From NCBI GenBank assembly GCA_964016885.1, contig OZ024745.1, positions 118,172,001-118,236,000 of the forward strand: a DNA stretch of 64,000 bases, in the 5' to 3' direction. The notes under the pieces are model-generated. The model was not told the origin of the DNA and did no database searches. It saw only the letters and a program-made list of their open reading frames with translations. The position numbers and the translations under genes were made by a program. Source of the DNA: Eledone cirrhosa. Its lineage: Eukaryota. Shown piece after piece: positions 1-13,758 of the stretch (positions are counted from its first letter, which is position 1; each line of letters starts with the position of its first letter).

Positions 1-757
<757 letters not shown>

Positions 758-1410
758 TAGGGAGTGTAACTTGGAGTTACTGTAGGTTCACCCAGGGTGA
801 GCACTCAATGTTTAGGGTCACTTCTGCGTCGAGGTGTAGAGCTATACAGAGTGTATTATATTGAAAAGATAACAAGGACGATTGGTTACTCCTTCATAAC
901 ATTTATTGGTTGGTGACACGTGTTTCACCACTGATCAGCTCAAGGTTCGCTCTGTATCGATCTTACAAGACTCTATAATCCGCAGCTCGATGAACCCTTT
1001 AAAATGCTAGTAGAAAATGAATACATGCTGTATGGTAAAGTTAGAAGTTCATATGTTGGTCAATAAAGATTGTTTTGGTTGGTGGAATTGATCATAGGGA
1101 TGATTTCGCCTGTAGTGCATGTGGGGGTGGATGTGATGATAAGATGTTGGTGACGGTCGCAGGCTGGGATGCGGCTGTGGTGTGGTGTGAGGGCGGTGGA
1201 TTGTCGGTAGACAGATTGGCGTATATCTGTGGCTGATTCTTGTGTGTGGTGTGGGTGTGGTGGTGTTGTTTATGGTAATGGTGTTTATGGTGGTGTGGTG
1301 GATGTGTTGGCGGTGTCAAATTCAATAAAGAGATAGATACATAGACACACTTAGTCTGACAAAAACGTTGTATACATACACATGTGTATATACATATATA
1401 CAATTTTTTG

Positions 1411-1740
1411 GCTCTGTTTAACTGCATTGAGCTATACCTTGCTCTGTTTAACTGCATTGAGCTATACCTTGCTCTGTTTAACTGCATTGAGCTATACCTT
1501 GCTCTGTTTAACTGCATTGAGCTATACCTTGCTCTGTTTAACTGCATTGAGCTATACCTTGCTCTGTTTAACTGCATTGAGCTATACCTTGCTCTGTTTA
1601 ACTGCATTGAGCTATACCTTGCTCTGTTTAACTGCATTGAGCTATACCTTGCTCTGTTTAACTGCATTGAGCTATACCTTGCTCTGTTTAACTGCATTGA
1701 GCTATACCTTGCTCTGTTTAACTGCATTGAGCTATACCTT
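1411..1740. repeat. Perfect 30-bp tandem minisatellite x11
   Basis: gctctgtttaactgcattgagctatacctt repeated 11 times with no spacers or mismatches. Confidence 0.98.
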
Positions 1741-2221
1741 TTACTGTCATTTCTATAATACGAAGAGGGTGTTTGACTCAAACACGCTCCAGTATTCTAA
1801 TCCTTATATATATATATATATATATATATACATACACATGTGTATATATATATATATATATACATACACATGTATATATATATGTATAGAGAGAGGGGGA
1901 GAGCCAGTGGAGATGGCGTTGTACATATATATATACTTACACACAGACACACACACTTACGTTGTTTAGGGGGGAAAAGATATGTGTTGGTGATGTTAAT
2001 GCTTGTTGGAGTATGGGGATGTGCCTTGTGGTGGCGGTGGTGGTGTTATGTGCGACAAGAAATATACAGGATCGAATTATACGATGGGTTACAGGTTAAA
2101 AAGTGACATAGGGAACACGGGGAAAACAAGGTTGTGAACATATAGCGATGTGTGTGGTCATGGTGGTGGTGGTGGTGGTGGTGGTGATGATGGGGTGATA
2201 TGTTCAACAATATATATACAT

Positions 2222-2490
2222 GTGTTAGGAAGGGCATCCAGCTGTAGAAAACCCGCCAGACAGTCCACGCTGTAATGTGGCCGTGTAGGCAACACGGTAA
2301 AAACCTCCCAGCCCCACACTGTAAATGTGGTTGGTGTTAGGAAGGGCATCCAGCCGTAGAAAACCCGCCAAGACAGTCCTATGCGAGCAAGACAACCACT
2401 CTTGCCTCAAGTGGGAAAACCCCCGTCCAAACCCATGCAAGCGTGGAACACGGACGCTAAACCTGATGATGATGATGATGATGATGATCA
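2222..2490 (+). mobile_element. 3' part of SINE family B (RTE-like tail, (GAT)n end)
   Basis: Two copies of the tgttaggaagggcatccagc(c/t)gtagaaa motif and a (gat)n tail; matches copies at 42178 and 56668. Confidence 0.8.
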
Positions 2491-3129
2491 GATATTACGG
2501 TGGTTTACATGGTAAAACCTGAGAGAGAGGGCAGAGATAAGACAATGGTTCTGGGAGGGAGGGATGATATGTGTTGGTGATGTTGATGATGTTAATGATT
2601 GCTGAAGGATGGAGATGTATCTGGTGGTGGCGATGGTGGTGTGTGCGACAGAATATTTACAAAGGATTGTAGGTTAAAAGATGACAGAGGGAACACGGTG
2701 GGGGGGGGGGGGAACAAGGTTGTGGATGAGGGATGGTAGACATATAGCGACGTGTATGGTGGTGGTGGTGGTGGCGATGGGGTGATATGATCGACATTAT
2801 ATTTACAGGATTGGATGCTACTATGGATTACAAGGTAAAACCTGACAGAGAGGACAGATAGAACACAATGGTACTGAGATGAGGGGTGTATGGCGATGTG
2901 TCTTTTGGTGGGGCTGATGGATACGGCATGATATATACAAAATTTGAACTAACAAAGGGTTACACGTTATAAAACAAATGCACTGAGATGAGGGACGGTG
3001 AGGCAAGGCAAAGGTGGTTATCACTATGTTGAGTCATGGTTAGTGTGCGGCCCTCGGCCGGATGTTTGTGCAGAGCAGGTGTTCAACCTGGTGTGTCTAC
3101 AATCGTCCTTGTTATCTTTTCAATATATG

Positions 3130-3161
<32 letters not shown>

Positions 3162-3756
3162 CGTATGTATGTACACATATTTACATATTTGTATGTATAT
3201 GTATACATATGTGTCTATATTTGTATATGTGTATGTGTGTATGTTGTGTGTGTGCCTGCCTGTGTGTGCGTTCGTGTATGTGTGTGTGTCCATGTGTAAG
3301 TGGGCGAGCGTGTGAATGTGCTTGTCGACACCTGGAATATATATTAAGAGAAACTTCACAAAAAGGGGAATCACTGCAACACTTGAATCTGTTGATGGAA
3401 CCCTCTCTGCCTTCGTGACCCTTATTCCAGCCTTAAAGAATTAGCTTCTAAAGAATTTCCCTTTTCTTTAAACTATTGAACCCCACCCATCCTGTAGACA
3501 CCTGTCTTACAGCCATTGTTAGTCTAAGTGATAAACTAGGATTGGTATTCCAAATTTGATTTTGTTTACAGTATTCTTTCTGCCTTTGTTAATATTATAG
3601 CTTTAAAGATTTAGCTTTTAATGAACTCCCTTTTCTTTAAATCCTTCAACCAATGACCTCCACCCATCCCAATACCCACCCTCTCCTACCACCAGAAAAG
3701 AAAAGATATAAATACCACTACTTACTTAGACAGCCAGCTCCCTGATAATGTCTCAT

Positions 3757-3867
3757 GAATGAAACAGTTCTAGTCCTGTAGAAGCTCTTCTATATTAAAA
3801 CTTTTATATTCTGCTATGTATTGAGTACCTTACTTACTGTGATTACCTCCGATTCAACCCGGAATAA

Positions 3868-3938
<71 letters not shown>

Positions 3939-4080
3939 CCCAGGTTCAACCGGGGGTAACCACAGTAAGTAAGGTACTCAATACATAGTAGAGTATCTAC
4001 AATATTTAATATAGGACTACAACTGTTTCCTTTTTATTTTATTTCCTTCGAATGAAACAGTTCTAGTCCTGTAGAAGCCA
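3757..4080. mobile_element. Fold-back PLE-terminus-like insertion around (TA)n(GT)n
   Basis: Inverted arms about 3761-3866 / 3937-4029, plus direct repeat gaatgaaacagttctagtcctgtagaagc at 3757 and 4050. Confidence 0.65.
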
Positions 4081-4123
<43 letters not shown>

Positions 4124-5352
4124 GGATTCTGAAGCTTCTGGCTACCAAATTTTAGTCACAAGACATTAGTCAATCCAAGGGGTCATGTAGTGGAAATGAA
4201 CCTAAAACCACATGGTTGATAAGCGACCTCCTTAACTACAGTTATGTTTACATCTGTACATATATTAAAAAATAAAAAAATACAATAATAGTAAAGATAC
4301 TGCTCCTCTTCTAAATAAAACCACATGTAGGAAAGATAAGTGATGTTAACAAGTACTTTTTTTTTTTATGATTTTTGTATGCAAAAATATTATAATGTGA
4401 ACATTTTTCTGAGTGACAAAAAATATGCCTGCAATGCATTCTTAATTACATGCAAAGCTAAACATATTAAGATAATTCTAACATTTATCTTACGGAAGCA
4501 TAAATTTGCATATTTTTACTTGAAGATGTAAGATGTTTAACATAGTGCTAACGTGGGTCACCATGAGTCTTGTTTGTTAAAAAAAAAAATTAGTTTCATA
4601 TTTCTTGTATGCATTCAAATTCTATTCCTGTGCTGGTTGCATATCATGAATGCAAATGAACACAAGTAGATCTTAAAATGAAGGGTATGGGTATGTAATG
4701 AGATTGAATGACAAGTGCTGAGTAACAAAAAGTAAAGTACATACATACATTCCAACTGTGACCATCCTGTCTTTTATTCAGACAGAGTATATGGGATAAA
4801 ATTATCAAATGCCTCATTCCTTCTTGATGTTTAGCTCAAGGACAGTTCTGATCAAGGTCTATGATTAACCTTTAACATGCTAGAAATATTTATGAATTAC
4901 TTCTCTTGACACTGCATTATTTATTAAGGGGAGATTACTCTATTGGCGACATAAGGCGCCCAGAGCATGCAAATTTTTCTTTTATTCAGGCACAGAGTAT
5001 CTCAGACTACTTTGTATATTCCCAAGTCAGTTCTATGATAAAAAGCATTGCAGCTGTAACTATCTCAACTTTTCTTTTTCTCTCCAGATAAAGTATAGTT
5101 AGAACTACTTTCTCAAACAGTAATAAAGAGTGATTTGAGGGGAATTTGGTTACTTTTAGCAGGTTGAGTGTTGAGTATTTCTTGTGAGCTTTGTCATCTG
5201 GTGAGGGTGAAGATATCCATAAAAGGTATGTACAGAATTAGTAAGGTGAGGTTTGAGAATGATGAGACTTACATAAGAAATAAAACTGAGATGAATCATG
5301 GTCAGGTATGTATTAGTGACCAATCAGTCCAATATTGGGCAAATGAACATTA

Positions 5353-5387
<35 letters not shown>

Positions 5388-5817
5388 GAAAATGTTTAAT
5401 TTTTGTTAATATTTTCATGAAACAGTCAAGCCACTAATACAGATAAATACTGAGTAAACCATTCAGAATGTCAACACTACTACAGTGGACAGCATAGTTG
5501 GAAACCAGTTAACCCTTTCATGACTGCATTTCTAATGAAATAACCTCTATTTTAATTAACTAATGAAGAATTTTGAGGGATTTACTAAAATTATTAATTA
5601 TTTTATTACTAAGATAGTAACTTCATGTAAGGTTCTGATATAAAATGATGCTGGAAGATTTTAATTTAAATTGGAAACCTTTAAAATGGGTGGTTTTATT
5701 TCATAGAACCAGAGCTGGTTTTGGCTGGGTTGATAACTAAAGAGTTAAAGAATTTGGCAATTTGTATCCTGTTATTTATACTGTGCTATGATCATGGCCA
5801 TAACCTGGATATATCAA

Positions 5818-6005
5818 GGTGGATTGGCAGTATCGGTAGAGGGTCGGACGCCATGCTTTCCAGCATAGTTACGTCCCTTTACGATCTGAGTTCAAATCCC
5901 GCCGAGGTTGACTTTGCCTTTCATCCTTACGGGGTCGATAAAATAAAGTACCAGTAATGCACTGGGTAATTGCTGGCCTTGTGCCTAAAGTAGAAACAAT
6001 TATTT
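5818..6005 (+). mobile_element. tRNA-derived SINE family A
   Basis: A-box-like tggcagtatcggtag, B-box gagttcaaatcc, core ctttgcctttcatccttacggggtcgataaaataaagtacc, tail gtagaaacaattatt; near-identical to 59405-59590. Confidence 0.9.
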
Positions 6006-6071
6006 AGGTAATGTTATGAGGGTATAATTCACTGCTGAATTGATCAAAGAATGTTATGAAATGTGAATTGA

Positions 6072-6288
6072 TTAACGCTTTAGCATTTACATTACTCTAT
6101 ATTTATTATTGTATTTTCACTGTAAAGTATTTATTTTACATAATTATCTCAGATAATATCGAATCTATGAGATTTTGATATTATATATTTTGAACAATAC
6201 CTTAACATCAGTATGAGCAGCTTGTTTGAACAGAAAGAGGTGAGAGGATTCTGGTGAGATACAGCCAGTTTAAATGCTAAAGGGTTAA
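6072..6288 (+). mobile_element. piggyBac-type MITE (TTAA-flanked)
   Basis: TTAA-C(G/C)CTTTAGCATTT ... AAATGCTAAAGGG-TTAA terminal inverted repeats; same family at 26781 and 61347. Confidence 0.85.
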
Positions 6289-8132
6289 AAGCGTTAACAA
6301 CACAAAGAGCTTTCAATCATAAAGCACTGCCTCAAAAAGGGAACCATTGTGAGTATGATTTAAAATGGTAAAGATTATCACAGGGTCCACAAAGCTAATC
6401 CCTGTATTGTTAGAGAAAATGGACTTAAAGTGTTTATTGGTTTATGGTAAAAATATTTGATTTTAAAGAATTCTTTAATTCTGAACTATGAAGAATATAT
6501 TGAAAGGCGTCTAATGTCTGAACTGAAAGTGCTAGGAGAATAGCAACACTGTAAAGCTAGTGAAAATAGATTTGAAGATTTGCTGTAGTAACAATAGTAG
6601 TAGTAACACAGTAACAGGTTTTTTTCACTGTTAATCAATCACATACTTGATAAACAGCAGTACTAATAATAGTAGTAGTAGCAGCACCAGCAGCAAATTT
6701 ATGGACATACACTAACTCCATTACAGTAAGGTTGCCTGCAAATATAAGAAATTGTCAAATTGCTCTGAATATAAGAATTTTTTAAAAATGAAATGAAGTA
6801 AATATGCTCAGAGCCATTCTTAATTTCAAGGCACCATTACTTTATATGAAGTATAACAAAGAACATTGAATTGTTGAATAATTACATATTCATCTAAAAT
6901 ATGCAACCTTTCATATTTTGTGGTAATTCATTTTCATTACCGAAAATAAATTTGTGTTTTATGAATCTCTCCTTGCATTGTTCCTTCCTTGATAGTAACA
7001 GACAAAATTCTATGGAAGAATATTATATAATAGAATTCTAAAAATGTTAATATGTCTTACAAATAAGCCTAGCATTTTAGATATATGCAGAACGTCTGTT
7101 TATAGCCTGTCTATCCTTGAATCATGCCATATCTGAAATATCCTGTAAAAACATGTGTAACAAATGAAGTCCATTTATTGAAATATATTTAGACTTGCTG
7201 CTGAGGGATATAGATGTCAAGATCAAACTTAGTGCTGAAACTAGTTTCAACTAAAATATCAGGATTTCTTTCAATTAATTCTGGGGTCACTATCAGTTTC
7301 CGTGATACCAAAACATGTTTCTTTGGGATATTATAAACAATCATATGGAATATTTAAAAAAATCTTATGTATTTCCATTGACTTAAATGTTTTTTTGCTA
7401 GTTTGGGGTTTTAAAAAAATACATACAATAAGGGTAACTATATTCTAATAAATACATATATATTTACAATATTTACAATAAATATATCAATCCACGGTGT
7501 AAATATGGTTGGCATTAGGAAGGGCATCCAGCTGTAGAAACCAAGCCAGAAACAGTTCTGCATGAGCCAGACATGGCCACCTGATCTAAATTGTTTTACA
7601 ATGGGACAACTTGTCTAGCCCATGCTAGCGAGGAAAATGGATGTTAAACAGTGATGATGATATTAATATACTCTTTGAAATATAGGCACTCTTGTAAATA
7701 TGAACATCTTCATGGAGGTACGTTGGCAAATTAATTTCAGTTCACTGTACTATAATCCCACCGAGGTCAACTATGCCTTTCATCTTTTTGGGGTTGACAC
7801 ACAAAGTATCAGTTTAGTTCTGGGGTCAATTCTTTCTATCATTCTCACTTTGTCTCTCTTTCTTTCTCTCTGTAAGAAATCAGCTGTGTTCAAACTTGGA
7901 GAGGAATGGGCTTTGGTAAGCTTAGATGGCTCAAGATCTATGACTTTAATATGAATTCAAGGCCCTAGAAAAAAAGGAATCTTCTTAATACAAAGCCTTA
8001 AATTCAGAAATGATGTACCACAAGTATTTATGGGACAGGGCCTTCTCTTTTAAAGGAATTAATTTAACTGTTCTATTTTATTTTTATTTTTTACATATGG
8101 CAGATTTTCTTCTTGGTTCCGAACTCATTTGT

Positions 8133-8163
<31 letters not shown>

Positions 8164-8169
8164 GACATT

Positions 8170-8381
8170 TAGTGAGACACTCCAAGGATTTGAGACTGGC
8201 AAGCACTGTAATATGAATTTTTGCCAGGCATAAGGGGAAGAGGGCAGCCAAGAAGGTGCTGGATGAGCGACATTTGCACATGGATCGACAAGAGTCCCTG
8301 GGAGGCAATCAGAAAGGTGGTGGAGGAGGACAGGACTGCTTGGGGGAAATTGCAGAAGGTATCCACAGACTGTTGGAGACT

Positions 8382-8426
<45 letters not shown>
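8170..8426 (+). mobile_element. RTE-clade LINE 3' fragment
   Basis: Translates GIRGRGQPRRCWMSDICTW...EEDRTAWGKL..* followed by a (TGA)n tail. Confidence 0.8.
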
Positions 8427-8428
<2 letters not shown>

Positions 8429-9057
8429 TGCAAATTTAACCTTTGTTTTTTAAAATTCATTTTTTCCTTTATCTCTCAAAGCTCTAATCTCTTGCAATTT
8501 GTGAAATGACTAATTGAATTTCATATATACCTTTATGACAGTGAACAAAATCTAGTTAGATATATTTATATTAAATATTTATATACAAATAGTAAAGTAT
8601 AAAACACAAATGGCAACAAATGGAATTAAATACTGACAGATACTTAATCAGGCAATCTATTACCCAATTATTGACCACAGTACTGATGAAATAACATTTC
8701 CCATTAGGTTTTCCAAATATAATTCCATACCAACATCCATGCAGACTTTTGTAGTTTTGCACATTGAAAAACTGATTAATGATGCAAATAAGAATGCCTT
8801 TGCAAAACCAGGCCATATATTAGCTGTACTCACAATGAATAATGTCTCAAAAAGTTAAACAGTCATTTGTTTCAAACAAATAGTTCCATGTGTGGGCTGA
8901 TGTGTACTGATTAATGAAAATTACCTTCAAGCAATTAATGTTTATAATATGTAGTAAAAAAAGTGATAAATCTTTTTAAAAGCCAGTACAATGAGGTAGA
9001 AAAATACAAAGGGCAAATGCTGACAAATAAAACAAAACAAAGTAATATTTTAGCCAG

Positions 9058-9628
9058 TGCATTTTGAAGTGACCTTGTTGTCCAATTAACACAGTCAAGA
9101 CCATATAACACAACTGGTATGATGTAAGTATCAAAGATCTTAGCCTTCAAATGATAGGAAACTTGATTTGATGTTAGTACTTCATTGTTCTTGTTGAAAG
9201 CTGCCCAACCTAGAGCGATGTGATACTGTGCAGCAACCATTCCATTGTTTAATGAGTTTGTGACCGAGATATACAAATTCTAGAGCCACATCATGAGACT
9301 TATGACTGGCAAGCGGCTCAGCAACCATATCTGCACCTGTGAGCTGCTCAACATTACCAGACTTTGACCAATTACATCAATTGTCAATTCAAAAGTACTC
9401 AAACTATACGGCCATATAAAAAGAACAACTCGCGGTGTGATTAGGTTATGCCTGGAAGGAAGATTGGCTGGTAAGAGAAGCAGAGGCCGGCAGCCAAAAC
9501 GATGGCTTGATAATGTCAACTTATGGACTAGACTTGATCTTTGAACTCTGCTGTTGGTGATCAAACTTTGTGTGGAAAAATATCTCATGTTGATGCGCAG
9601 TTTGCAACTGGCGGAGTTTAGCGTAGTT
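9058..9628 (+). mobile_element. 5'-truncated RTE LINE with inverted 5' segment
   Basis: About 9058-9280 is antisense and 9280-9628 sense relative to the colinear copy at about 33980-34550 (KAKIFDTYIIPVVLYGLDC; RSRGRQPKRWLDNV). Confidence 0.85.
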
Positions 9629-9631
9629 AAT

Positions 9632-9866
9632 ATGAAACAAAATGAAGTAATGTTTTACCCAGTGTATTTTAGCATGATATTTCAGGGCTATTACCCTCTT
9701 TTCAGATGTGAAGCTGAAACAGTTTTCCCTAAGAAGACTCTGAAAACTCTGATCACTTGTTTATTTTGTCTTGGACAGTTTAAATTTCACATCTGAAAAG
9801 AGGATAATAGCTCTGAAATATCATGCTAAAATACACTGGGTAAAACATTACTTCATTTTGTTTCAT
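9632..9866. repeat. Inverted repeat, about 80-bp arms, with decayed hammerhead-like motif
   Basis: Arms 9632-9712 / 9786-9866; cacat-CTGAAAA-gagg(g/a)taatag(c)(c/t)ct-GAAA-tatc-atg. Confidence 0.8.
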
Positions 9867-9911
9867 TTGTCATCACTTACCCTTCGTATTTTTCTACCAC
9901 ATTCTACCATC

Positions 9912-10600
9912 ATCTTCATTTAAGGGCCATCTTCCACGCTAGCATGGGTTAGACGGAAGTTGTACCACTTGAGGCAAGGTTGGTCGGGTGACTGTGTCTC
10001 GCTCATATAGGACTATCTGGCAGGTTTTCTACAGCTGGATGCCCTTCCTAACACCAACCACATTTACAGTGTGGACTGGGAACTTTTTACCCTGTTACTT
10101 ACACGACCACATTACAGCATGGACTGTGTGTCTTTTTGTTGTGACACCTATACGGTCTCGATCTCAATCTCATTATCTCATTTATTTAAACTGGATGTTG
10201 TGGTGCCAACATAGCTGTACAGAGAGAGGGTGGTGTTGGTGGGAGTCATAGGATAGAGTAGGGGTAGTGGATTGGGGTGTATATTTGGTTAAGAGGTGCC
10301 TACTGACTGTAGGTTTCGCTTTGTACATAGGCAAGTCGGGTCTTCTGTATTACTGCATAGCGCTAAAGATCTCAGTCCAGTGACATTGTCTTAGAGAGGT
10401 GTAAGTGTATAAGGTCGGAATTTATCAAATCGTCCCAGGTTTTTCTTGGTCTACCTACTCCGTAACTTCCATCAATTTTGATCGCCCTGCACTTTTTTAT
10501 ACAGCTGTCGTCTTTCATACGCATCACGTGGCCATACCAACGTAGTCTTTTCTCAAGTAAACAGCATCTGATCCCTCTTATTCCTAATTTCTCACTTACT
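9912..10600 (-). mobile_element. RTE LINE 3' end with SINE-B-like 3' sequence
   Basis: Minus strand 10330-10590 encodes EKRLRWYGHVMRMKDDSCIKKC...GRPRKTWDD; SINE-B motif at about 10020-10070. Confidence 0.75.
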
Positions 10601-11061
10601 GGATTTAAAAAATCAATTTATCAGTCTTTTACTATATATAATGCTTTGTATTAACTACACTAGTTTATAATATTATATATGTAAATCAGAAAATAAGAAC
10701 TATTAAATGAAAGTGTTAACAATTCTCTCTTGTCTTCTGGACATATGCACAATAGTTAGAGAGGCAGGCTGAGGTCGGCGAGCCAGACCACTTGCAGCAT
10801 TATGGATTGCCTCCAGGCTGCCCAGAAAATGTCTGAGAAAGCAATCACGAACAACATGTATTGTTATAAATTGTATACTTATTGCACCTGTATTTAGTAG
10901 TTTTACAATTATGTTGGCTGAACTCCATCTATACATTATGATGCGATATGGCTTCGCAGCTGTAGTGTAGGAAAAACCCAACAGTGGATGAAAGGTGTTC
11001 TGCCCTAATTGCACAGATATATAGAATATGTAAGCCAAAGCAAAGTGTGTTATCAGAGTAT

Positions 11062-11275
11062 TGGATTGGCAGAATCAGTAGAGCGTCGGAAAAAATGCTG
11101 TGAGACCTAGAGTTACAGCCCTTTGCGTTCTGAGTTCAAGTCACACTGAGGTTAACTTTGCCTTTCATCATACGGGGTCGATAAAATAAAGCACCAGTAA
11201 TGCATTGGAGTTGATTTAATCAACTTTCCCCTTCCCCCAAATTGCTGGCCTTGTGCCTATAGTAAAAATCATTAA
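11062..11275 (+). mobile_element. SINE family A
   Basis: Same head, core and tail motifs as 5818-6005. Confidence 0.85.
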
Positions 11276-11863
11276 TTATGAGAGCAGTAACGATTAACAA
11301 AACCTGATATAGGAGGTACTTGTAAAGAGTATTGGCTGTTATTTCCCATGTGTGTTTTCATAGTGGCTGTGGTAGTGTAAGAAAAGTTATCATTGGATAA
11401 TAATTACTATTGTCTGTGGTTGTTAGTGTAGTAGTGCTGACAATATTAGGAAGTATAACCTACTCTCAGTTTTGAAGAAGGAGGTGAACCTATTGCTGGC
11501 CAGGAGGATTGAGGCAAGTAAGATGTGTCTTGCACAGGAACAGAAAACAACAGCTGCAAGTGGTAATGTTTCAAATTTTTCTTGACTGAGTTGGCCCAGT
11601 AACTTAGGATCACAACCATTTATTTCTATTATAGTTGGAAACAGCATTGCACAAGATGGAGTTTTCTCTAGTACTAGCAAATTGAGACATGTATGTGTGG
11701 TGTGCAACCCATCATACCAGGAAATAACAAAACTAAGATGACAATGATGATGATGACGACGATGAGAGGTTTAAATTACTCTATCATATAATAAAGACAA
11801 ACAAACAGGCAAATACTTTTAAAATCTGATAAAACAAATACAAATAAAAAAAATTATATTTAC

Positions 11864-12318
11864 TCTGAAAATGGATATACGATCCTCTTTGGGCAGCTTT
11901 TGAAAGTCTGGAATGTACTTCATGAAATTGATAAGTCTACATATGAACACATTACTAAGGACAAAAAACTCCTTAGTGTTTTTAGGTATTACAAAAGCCC
12001 CACTGGGATAGTTTTCGTTAAATGTGTTTTCGTGTTCTTGGACGACCATGCGAATATATGTAATTGTTTGTGAAATCGACTCCGGCACTTCTAAGGTATT
12101 CCAAAACAAGTGATGGCTGACTGGATATTTGTCTGCAGGATAAACCCAGGTTTTTAGATCCGGTACGTCAAGCGCGGGCTCGGCGTCCTCATATGATGGC
12201 TGCATATATTCAAATGAGCTGATACTGGATGCTGATGGAGATGGTGATGAATTATTATTTAATGGGGTATTTTGTGATGTGGTTAGTCTCTGTCTCCGTT
12301 TTGCAAGCTGTTCTTCAT
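11864..12318 (-). CDS. NR1J/HR96-like exon: hinge and start of ligand-binding domain (helices 3-4)
   Basis: Acceptor ttttacag|AT continues phase 1 (NEEQLAKRRQRL...). Ends in LINFMKYIPDFQKLPKEDRISIFR, the LBD signature F..L..ED.I. Donor |gtaaat; 455 bp. Confidence 0.9.
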
Positions 12319-13640
12319 CTGTAAAATAACAAAAAATTATAATAAATAGTAGAAACCTTTACCTTGTCTGACAAGCCATGGCTGGGGCCAGATTTATTAA
12401 AAGGATATAATATGAAATAAAACAGTCAACTGAATCAAGCCCCCAAGTAGTGGTGAGAATGCTATGTTGCTATGGAAAATAAACAACTAGTGATAGATAC
12501 TTGTATGTGTGAGAAATGCAATGAGGACTCAGACTTGTTGCATGCCCAAGCTATCAAATGGTGTATGTAATCTGACCAAGACTCCGGATCCAATTGGAAG
12601 GCAAGCTGAAATAAGTAGGGGATTCTTTGTTGATAGAAAGCACTAAAATGGTTTTTCCAGACCCCAGAGGTAAAGCTGAAGATAACATTACCATAGCCTA
12701 ATAGTGATAGAATTGTTCTTACTCTGTAAAAACCTATTTTCAGTTTAGAGGATTCAATTATGTTGACAAGAGAATCAGTGTTGGTAACTGGATATGAACT
12801 GTTGAGCTCTTAGTTTGTTGTTAAGTACTCTATGACTAGTAAATATTTCATGCACCACTGAGAAGAGGTGGGGAGAAAGAAATACAAAGTTATCTCTGAT
12901 CAGATTTTAACTAAATAGTCATAAAAATAAATAAAAGAAACAACTAAACCTTAACTGAAGGTTGATATATAATCTTTCTGGCAATAAAAATTTTCCCATT
13001 TTTTAATTGGTTCAACACAGTTGATAATGAATGATAATGTAGAAACTCTGGGAAAAGTAACCAAATCTGTAATGTTGTTTATTCTATGATTTAATTCTTT
13101 CTGATCTTACAAACTTCAGAATAACGTATAACTTACAGACATCCAATTGTAAATTTTCTTCATAGAAGAGTTTTAGACAGAAATTATTGGGTTTTTTTTT
13201 AGATACAGATGCACACACATGCTTTCATATATATTTTTCTGTTTAAGGAACGGTATTAATATAAACAAAGGCCTCTGACCAATCACAATGCCACAATTTC
13301 ACTCTCTATATATAGTCCGAACGTGGAAGAGCCGAACTCCCACTGTCATTGCCTCCATCTCTCTGGCCCTCCCCATCTCTCTGTATAGTGAGCAAATGGA
13401 AAAGGCGTTTCCCCGGAGGATGGTAAGGGAGATGCGTACATCTTTCTCTGAAGCCAATAGATTTTCATTGTAACCATCTGTAGAAACAGAGATGGTGAGA
13501 TAATATAAGCAAAGAATCTTCTAACCACCATTTTATTATGTTAATATCTTATCTAGACACAGCAAATATCTCTAGTAGAGATGCATATATTCTAGAGCCA
13601 AGTCCTCTCCAAAACACAGAAAAGAAGTAAAATAACTTAC

Positions 13641-13758
13641 TTAATATCCAGTCCTTTTTCATACCAACAGCAAAACATTTCTTTAAACGACAACTTGAGC
13701 AGAATTTTCGAGTATGTGGGTCTAATCTACAGTTACCATCAAATGTACAGTTAAACAC
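13641..13758 (-). CDS. NR1J/HR96-like exon encoding second zinc finger of the DBD
   Basis: VFNCTFDGNCRLDPHTRKFCSSCRLKKCFAVGMKKDWIL. Acceptor ttttttag| and donor |gtaagt; 118 bp, phase 0/1, in frame with the previous exon. Confidence 0.95.

Noticed and set aside
1411-1740. CRISPR-like 30-bp repeats
   Set aside because: No spacers, no cas genes, eukaryotic context.
10703-11707. Minus-strand ORFs as downstream LBD exons
   Set aside because: No LBD motifs, and the phase-0 acceptors I tested hit early stops.
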